This document shows, piece after piece, positions 56,584 through 64,000 of a stretch of DNA of 64,000 bases. The translations under genes were made by a program, and so were the position numbers. A model generated the notes under the pieces. The model did not search any database, was not told where the DNA came from, and was given only the letters and a program-made list of their open reading frames with translations. Within the stretch, counting starts at the first letter, position 1, and each line of letters starts with the position of its first letter. The stretch is from Octopus vulgaris (Eukaryota), in the NCBI GenBank assembly GCA_951406725.2, contig OX597820.1, positions 92,380,001 through 92,444,000 on the forward strand, in the 5' to 3' direction.

Positions 56584-58949
56584 AAATGTTCACTATAAAA
56601 TTATTTTAGCATTTTCTATTTTTGACTTGTTTTTTCATATATATCAACTCGTGTGTTCCTTTTCACCCTTATACATATATATATATATATATATATATAA
56701 ATATAAAAATATATAGAAGGACATTTTTTGATTCGAATGTTATGTGAACATTTGGACACTTCCTTCGAGATGGAGATAATTTTAATAAATTAAAAATATT
56801 TATTGTATGGAATTTGTTAAATATATACCTGTCTATATATGCCCTTGGCTACTCATTGTTATTTCCTTTACGTCATTTTTGTGCAACATAGAAATAACAT
56901 AGGCTGCTAAATGTGTGCTCTTCTCTTTTTATATGTCCTTGATTTTGGTGACTCCGACTGTACGATCAAGGTATTTAGTGTTGCTAGCAAAATTACTCTA
57001 GGCGATCTTGGGTATAATGTAGTGGCAGGTCAAGAAGAAGCATTAAAGGAGACATTGATTTTGATACAGGTAACCTAGTTCTTCTCGGTACAAGGAAGTG
57101 CTGAGTACAACGGTTGTATACACTTTGTGTACAACGCTTATGCTAGATGTAGATCCGCTATGGTCTTACCACTAAGATATGTTCTTAAGAAAATTTAGCA
57201 AATACCAGAACGTAAGCGAGCAAGAAAAATGAAAAATATCCTTATTTTTGTTACTATGAGTAGGGATGTATCAATGTACGTATGTGAAACAAAGTCTTGC
57301 ATCGAAATTCAGCTTTTATGAGTATTTATTTATACGTTTAAATATATTGGGTCTGGGTACATAAATGTAAATATGCATACATAATTATAATTACTGAGGT
57401 AAATTTTAGAACGAACGTGATATATGTGTTAATTTGTGCGTTTTGATATATGACTTTGCATAGACATAAATCATTTAAGAATTGCGTGTGAAGACACGTA
57501 GATATATTTTCACATTTAGAACTAATTTAATTAGCACCTATATATTGGGAGAGGCTTGATATATTAAGTTATATGCGCATGTCTACTTTTAGAAATGAAT
57601 GTACTGAGATGAAGGGATACATATTTATATATAAAACAAATGTCATTTTAGTGCTGGAACCTTAAGTTTTCATTTAAAGAAGTGTGCTTTGAAATATAAA
57701 GCTTTTCTGCATTGCCGTCTATCGAGTGACATGACATGAACTGTATTCGAACTTTCAAAATCATAAATGTTTTCGTATAATTATGTATTAATTAGTAATA
57801 TGATATAGGCTTAAAGCCAATAATGGTTAATTAACACTGACTTCATTAATTATTTTTAGAATAAATGTAAATAGATAGGTATGTCTGTATCTTTCAGAAT
57901 ATATATATATATACACACACCTACATATATATATTATATACTATGTTATGTAGATAGATTTAGCTTCAAATTAATATATCAAAATGCGTTTCTTTCTAAA
58001 TATGAACAAATAATAGTTTTAATAATTTCTGCTGTCTTAATAAATAGTAAAACAAACAACAAATATTAATTTCCTAATGAAAAGTTTTCTCCTATCTCGG
58101 TTTTAATAAAGTACAATCATATAAATATAACGATAGTTAAGTACAGATAATTAAATATTAGGATTGTTTGTTTAGATCGTTCGTTATTGCTCAAATATTT
58201 TAATTGTCAGTTGTATCATGTGACGTGCCTGATTGTGTTTTTGTTGTTTTTATTCACCATTGAATATCAGTATATCAGGTTAAAAAGAACGTACACCCAC
58301 ATTCCAAAATGAAAAAGAAATGAACGCCTCTTTGGTCTTAATTGATATATTCAATCAAGATAACATTTCGCTTCATTATTGATAAAATAATCCCATCTTT
58401 TTAGCTAATTGATCTTCAGGCGTAAAACTTTTCAGGTTTCAGAGCCGATCAAAGATAATTTTTAACCTCTTCATAATCAACAAACTGGTTTCCCTGTAAA
58501 TGATGGTGTTATCATTTTAAAGAGATGATAGTCGGATATAGCAATGACAGGAACGTAATGAAAATGAGGCAAAACTTCTATAAACTTGTCCTGAATGGTT
58601 TACTCAATGTGGTGTTGCATTATCGTTCCAAAGTCACATGTCTTCACGACTGATCAATGATCAGCACTTTTTCTGCAAATTGTTTTCAATGCTTTCAACA
58701 TACGACAGTACATTTTTGCATCGTTCATATCCCACATCCTTCATAGCCTATGAAACACAGTATGTAATATTTTTCAGCTATAGTGCCACCTGGTGAATAG
58801 ATACCCTTGTTTCATTCGTTGCGAAACATTGTCAGTTTCGTTAGGTATAATAAAAAAGAAAGCACTTTTCCACAATATACTTAGCATGACCGGACACAAA
58901 ACGTTTTATTTCCAAAGTTACTATAATATTACTGAAAAACTTCTATGTG

Positions 58950-59180
58950 AAGTGGGGTGACTCAATGTTTACGGTGCTGGATTCATGATCGTAAGATTGT
59001 GGTTTCGATTCCTGGAAAAGGCTACACGATGTGTAGCAAAACACTTCATTCTACATTGCTCCAGTTCATTCAGCTGGCAAAAATGAATAATCCTGTGACG
59101 AAAGGGCATCTCGTTCGGCTGGGATATTCATTTGACATGGAAACCTGGAAACCAGCCCTAATGCGTCAGCATGACTTGAG
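58950..59180 (+). mobile_element. SINE family C (degenerate)
   Basis: ggtttcgattcc B box; cacttcattctacattgctccagttcattcagctggcaaaaatgaata core. Confidence 0.6.
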
Positions 59181-59899
59181 AAAGCAAATTTACTTTTGCC
59201 TTTACATACAGCATATGGTGTCTGATATGTGCCTAACCTAAACTCAATTTAAAAGTGTAAAAATCAATATGAATTTGTGGACTATGGCATAAAGTAATCT
59301 GCAAAATGAGAAAAAAATAATATTACTAGATAAATATCAAAGCTTATTTTACCGTAAGTGTTGGAAATGTACCACGATATGAAAAATGCAACAGAACTTT
59401 CTTTCCAACCTAATGTAACGTCCCTTTATAAATAGATATTGTGTAACGATTACAAATAGATGCTGCAGATATTTCCAAAAAAAATTACATCTTTGTATAC
59501 CATAATTTTTCTTTTTCCATAAGCTGATCTCATGAATATCGTTTAATATTATGTAATATAAAATAGGAACTTTGAAATAACTTGAGCAATTTTTAAATGT
59601 GCCTTGCTAATATAGAATCCATATTCATATAAAACTATATACTCTGTGTTTTAAATATATATTAAGACTCTTCTTCTGCGTACTGCTCTTAAGTATATCG
59701 TTAGGATTTTCTGATATATGTATATGCGTAAGGACATATTAGCAGAGATATCCGGCGTTGCTCTGTATTAAACGAGCATAGCTGTTTTATTGTTTTACTT
59801 GTTTCGGTCGTGTGGCTGCTGCCAGGCTGGAGCACCGTCTTTAGTCCAAGAAATATACCACAGTTTATATTCCTTGTAAGTCTAGTACTTATTTGATAT

Positions 59900-60145
59900 C
59901 ACCGTGATCACCGTGAACGACCAGGCCATCAGATGTTGTTACACATTGTTTTAGCCTTCAGGCCAACAGAAGAAAGAGTGAGAGAAAGTTGTGGCGAAAG
60001 AGTACAGCAGGATCGCCACCACCTAGTGGAGCTTTAGGTGTTTTCGCTTAATAAACACTCACAACACCCGGTCTGAGAATCGAAACCGCGATCCTACGAC
60101 CACGAGTCCGCTGCCCAAACCACTAGGCCATTGCGCCTCCACACT
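59900..60145 (-). mobile_element. tRNA-derived SINE (family C-related head)
   Basis: Minus strand ggaggcgcaatggcctagtggtt...gcggtttcgattctcagaccggg. Confidence 0.65.
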
Positions 60146-60168
60146 TATTCGATATACATATATATATG

Positions 60169-60216
<48 letters not shown>

Positions 60217-60238
60217 CATATACATACATATATACATG

Positions 60239-60271
<33 letters not shown>

Positions 60272-60392
60272 ATATATATACATATACATACATATATACA
60301 TGTATATATATATATGTGTGTGTATATATACATATACAAACATATATACATGTATATATATATATATATACATACATTTTATATATGCATAC

Positions 60393-60439
<47 letters not shown>

Positions 60440-60814
60440 GTAATATAATATATATACTAATATACTAGCAGAAGTACCCGGCGTTGCCAGGGAGAAAGAA
60501 ACCTTGAAATTTTAAAACGCCGTCTAGATTACGCGGGTCTCAGCATCTAGTAGGTGAGATACTATCTTTCTATGTAAGTCTGCAATTCATGCCAACAGAG
60601 AACATAGTTGTTAAGTGAAATGTGAAACGAATGTTTTCTACTCATTTATCTATAGGAAGTAAATACACGTTTGTCTAACTTCTTTCATAGTCAAGAAACA
60701 GGTATAGATTATAAACAATAAAAAGCCATGCATAGAGTACACACACACACATACGCATACACAAAGAAACAGACAGCGAGTATATCACGTTATTGTTTCA
60801 CTTTTATAAACAGA

Positions 60815-61248
60815 CTAGCTTAAGGTGACCCGCTCTACACGCGGGTAAGAGTGGGTTGTTACTTTCTGTTGCTTCCTTTCTGACAGTATGCAACTACTCT
60901 ATCGCTCTACCACCGCTCATGTCTCTTTGAGGCATTTAGAAATTCAATATTTCTAATTATGGTGACCAGTGAATAGATTTCAGTTTAAATATGTATATTT
61001 GCGAAGGCTTGGCAAGTATCTCAACTAGCAGGACTTGCTACCCTGGACTGATGACGGGTAAGACCCAGAAACATGCATGTCTTCAGGTTGCTAGTCTTAG
61101 CTGGTGGGGGTGCTTGCCTCGCCTTCGCAAATATAAGGACACAGGAAATGTGTCAAAGCCGACAGGAAGCGTCGATGCTTCCTTGGGCTAAATAGCGGTG
61201 GTGTAATTCCCTTTACGGGACTGTCACGTTATGTTGACAGTATACAAC

Positions 61249-61307
<59 letters not shown>

Positions 61308-61410
61308 GGAGTAAACACATAAATGTGAAACAAGGTGGAAAAAAAGAGTACTCAAATACCAGTGGTAGAGTAATATGCTTTATTTAAAGCAGCAGCTGCT
61401 TTAAATAAAG

Positions 61411-61442
<32 letters not shown>

Positions 61443-61950
61443 CATTATATATACATATTTATATATAGAACACACATATATATATATATATTAATCCAAT
61501 AAATATCTGATTCATAACATTTGTTCTCATGATTATGTGGTTGTGGTAGCGATAATAATTCTCTCTATGAATGCAGACAGACGTAGAGAGAGAAAGAGAG
61601 AGGATGTAGGAGAAAGAGTGACAGCGCTGGCGAAGGCAGCGATGTAAAGATAGTAGACACTGTCAAGCGTCGTAATAGAGAGAAACTGAAGGGAAGGGAG
61701 GAAAGAGAGAGACGGAGGAAGACAGGCAGATAAGAAAATGAGAGAAGCGAGAAAAACTTGTCAAAGTGTGGATTTTTTTGCCCTAGTAACCACAGCTTTT
61801 AAGATAACCTAGCCCACTCACATGCTCACCTCATTTTACATTTCCGTGTAAATTTTGGAGCGAATCCGACGGTATCTTGTGCCCTTTAACCTGTTCCAAT
61901 GCCAAAACCAGACAAACAAACTTTTCGCAGTTCAGATTTATAGATATTGA
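60815..61950 (-). mobile_element. Second (nested) non-autonomous Helitron
   Basis: 3' CTAG|T at 60815 with hairpin acccgc-tctacac-gcgggt (60828-60846); candidate 5' A|TCAATATCTATAAATCTG at about 61950. Confidence 0.5.
61042..61087 (+). ncRNA. Type I hammerhead ribozyme (CUGAUGA, GUC site) at the tip of a long rod (60994-61135)
   Basis: CCUGGA-CUGAUGA-cGGGU-AAG-ACCCa-GAAA-CAUGCAUG-UC-UUCAGG; outer 15-bp stem uauauuugcgaaggc/gccuucgcaaauaua. Confidence 0.85.
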
Positions 61951-62049
61951 TATATATTCACACATGTCAGTCTAATTAGTGAAATTTCAATAGTAATACT
62001 TTAACACTCAGTGGTTTTACACTTCTGTATATAACATGGACCTACTATT

Positions 62050-62600
62050 CATGAAGTGCTTCTTCATATATTGTTTTCTTTCGTGCCATGTTTATCACTG
62101 AGAGTGTAGAGGTTCTTTTCATCTCCAACTCTGGAACATCCAACATACAGCTGACCATTTGAGAAGCAAGGTTGAACGAGATTAAGTGCCACCACCTTTA
62201 GGCATTGACCTTGTTATTTGTTGATAGGCATTGGAAAGCTGAGTTTGACAGGAAACTGCAGTCTCTTGTCCTGAAAGGGAGATCATTTGAGATGAGAGGT
62301 ATCCTTCGAATGAAGACATTCTCACCCATTATGTTACCATGATGCATAGAAGACTTGCTCATTGCTGCCTCTGTCAGAGTGGCGTCCCAGTGTGCATCAT
62401 CTTCTAGAAGATCTGTGAGATGGCAAGCATTGTGATATGTTTGACATACAGTGTTATCAACCGTATGTAAGCCCGTAAAAGTTGTGGGTCCCTTGATATG
62501 GTGTAAGAGAAGCCTTAGATAGTAGCACCCTGAGTAGCTGGAATGGACAACATGAACTCTACCAAGTGTGTATGAATTAATGGTTCTCGGATGATGTGTG
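62050..62600 (-). pseudogene. Helitron RepHel remnant (inter-domain region fused to PIF1 helicase C-terminus)
   Basis: YYLRLLLHHIKGPTTF..L.TV...CQTYHNAC...LLEDDAHWD, then RIPLIS.DLPF..LQFPVKLSF.M.INK.QGQ.L...CFSNGQLYVGCSRVG. Confidence 0.85.
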
Positions 62601-62998
62601 GGTGCTCCACATATATAATTCAATTGTTATTATTTTTATTGTTAAAGTGAAAGTATCTGACGTAAAATAGAGAAATGTTTTTTTTTCACTTTTAACACGT
62701 AATACTGAAATAGTGGAGAAGATATGATATTACTATGGGCTAGCTCTAGGCAAGATGTTGAACTACATGGACCCTAAGTAAGGCATGTGTAAAATTTGAA
62801 CGAAATTGGTTGTGTATTTCTCAAGTTTTAGGGAGTCGTAGTGGAGAAGATATGATATTGCTGTGGGCTCGCCCTATGCAAAAAGTTAAAAACAAATTTT
62901 GCCGATGACACTCCCCGGACCCTAAGTAAGGCATGTGTAAAATTTGAATGAAATTGGTTGTGTAGTTCTCAAGTTTTAGGGAAACACACAGACAGACA

Positions 62999-63047
<49 letters not shown>

Positions 63048-63073
63048 TCTCAGTTTTATATATATAAAGATAA

Positions 63074-63105
<32 letters not shown>

Positions 63106-64000
63106 TTATATAAATATATATATGTAAATATATATATACTTATATATATATTTATATTTATATTTATATATACATACATGCAGCACGGTGCTGATGTATG
63201 CAACCTGAGGCAGATAATATCTGTAGTAAAATTCGTTCTTAGGCGACAATTATATTCAAATCTAACAAGAGATCCTTAAGCAAGCATTAGTAGATAGCAC
63301 ATTCCTTAAGAATTAAGCAGAAAACGACATAGAGAAATGAAAGAAGAAATTCTTCCCACCGTGATGAATGAGATGAGCCACTCAAAAGTTTCCCAAACCA
63401 CACTTAATATTTACTATTAGACTCGAGTGAAAACTTGTTATAAATTTGATGAATAATATAAAGGTAGTGGGGTATTTAATGGAAAACATATATATTTTCA
63501 CAGAGCACATGTACGTATACACACATTTACATATTTTCAAGTATATATATATATATATATATGTATATATACGTGTGTCTGTGTATGTGTGTCTGAGTCT
63601 GAGTGCGTCTGTGTATATGTGTATGTGTGTCTACCTGTATGTGTGTGTGTGCGTGTGTGTGCATGTGTATGCGTGCGTGTATATGCGCGTGTAAAACGAA
63701 AATTTGCTTGCCTTTTATCAACGTCATATTTTCCGTTGAACCTTTGCCTTGTTTGGCACGGAGCTCCGGATGCGTGCATTCAAATCCGCTCTTTAAAAGA
63801 GTATGGCCTTTTGCTAAATATTGGAAACTTTTTGAAATGGCAGCAATAGTGGAACGCCGGACTAAGTAATGGTTATTCTGAAATCTTCGGAAGTACAATT
63901 GAATTTCTCTAGTTCAGTGCTCTTACGACATGAGATCAAGTGCTACTGTTTTCATTTTTGATTTTCTTTCCATCGCTGTCCGTAAAATATAGGCCGCTTC

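Larger units (their letters stand above)
54291..56674 (+). mobile_element. 5'-truncated Penelope-like element (Neptune-type) with 445-bp inverted terminal duplication, in (TA)n
   Basis: 54291-54735 is the reverse complement of 56230-56674; RT and GIY-YIG coding lies between. Confidence 0.93.
60465..63070 (-). mobile_element. Non-autonomous Helitron (outer), internally deleted
   Basis: Minus-strand 5' A|TCTTTATATATATAAAA at 63070, (TG)n and duplicated ~130-bp subterminal blocks (62710-62980); 3' hairpin cccggc-gtt-gccaggg then CTAG|T at 60465; RepHel remnant inside. Pairing of the two ends is inferred. Confidence 0.65.

Overview
AT-rich, microsatellite-dense eukaryotic (animal) non-coding DNA. 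The SINE families resemble those I know from octopus/cephalopod genomes; that assignment is by recognition and not verified. No intact host protein-coding gene is supported, and most listed ORFs are microsatellite read-through. The window is a mosaic of mobile elements: three tRNA-derived SINE families, two CR1-like LINE fragments, RTE and RLE-type LINE remnants, two defective mariners, a Penelope-like element (RT + GIY-YIG) with 445-bp inverted ends, nested Helitron termini with a RepHel remnant, an ORF1-only retroelement with a 15-bp TSD inside a SINE head, and a 5S rRNA copy fused to a SINE body. The most striking unannotated signal is about 13 type I hammerhead ribozyme (HHR) motifs from about 8 unrelated sequence families, most on short modules running into (TA)n. 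They include U3-A8 compensatory core variants, a 540-nt tandem unit that starts exactly at its predicted self-cleavage site, a tRNA-promoter-headed HHR element, and a canonical HHR at the tip of a long rod inside a Helitron. All structures were folded by eye and no activity is demonstrated.
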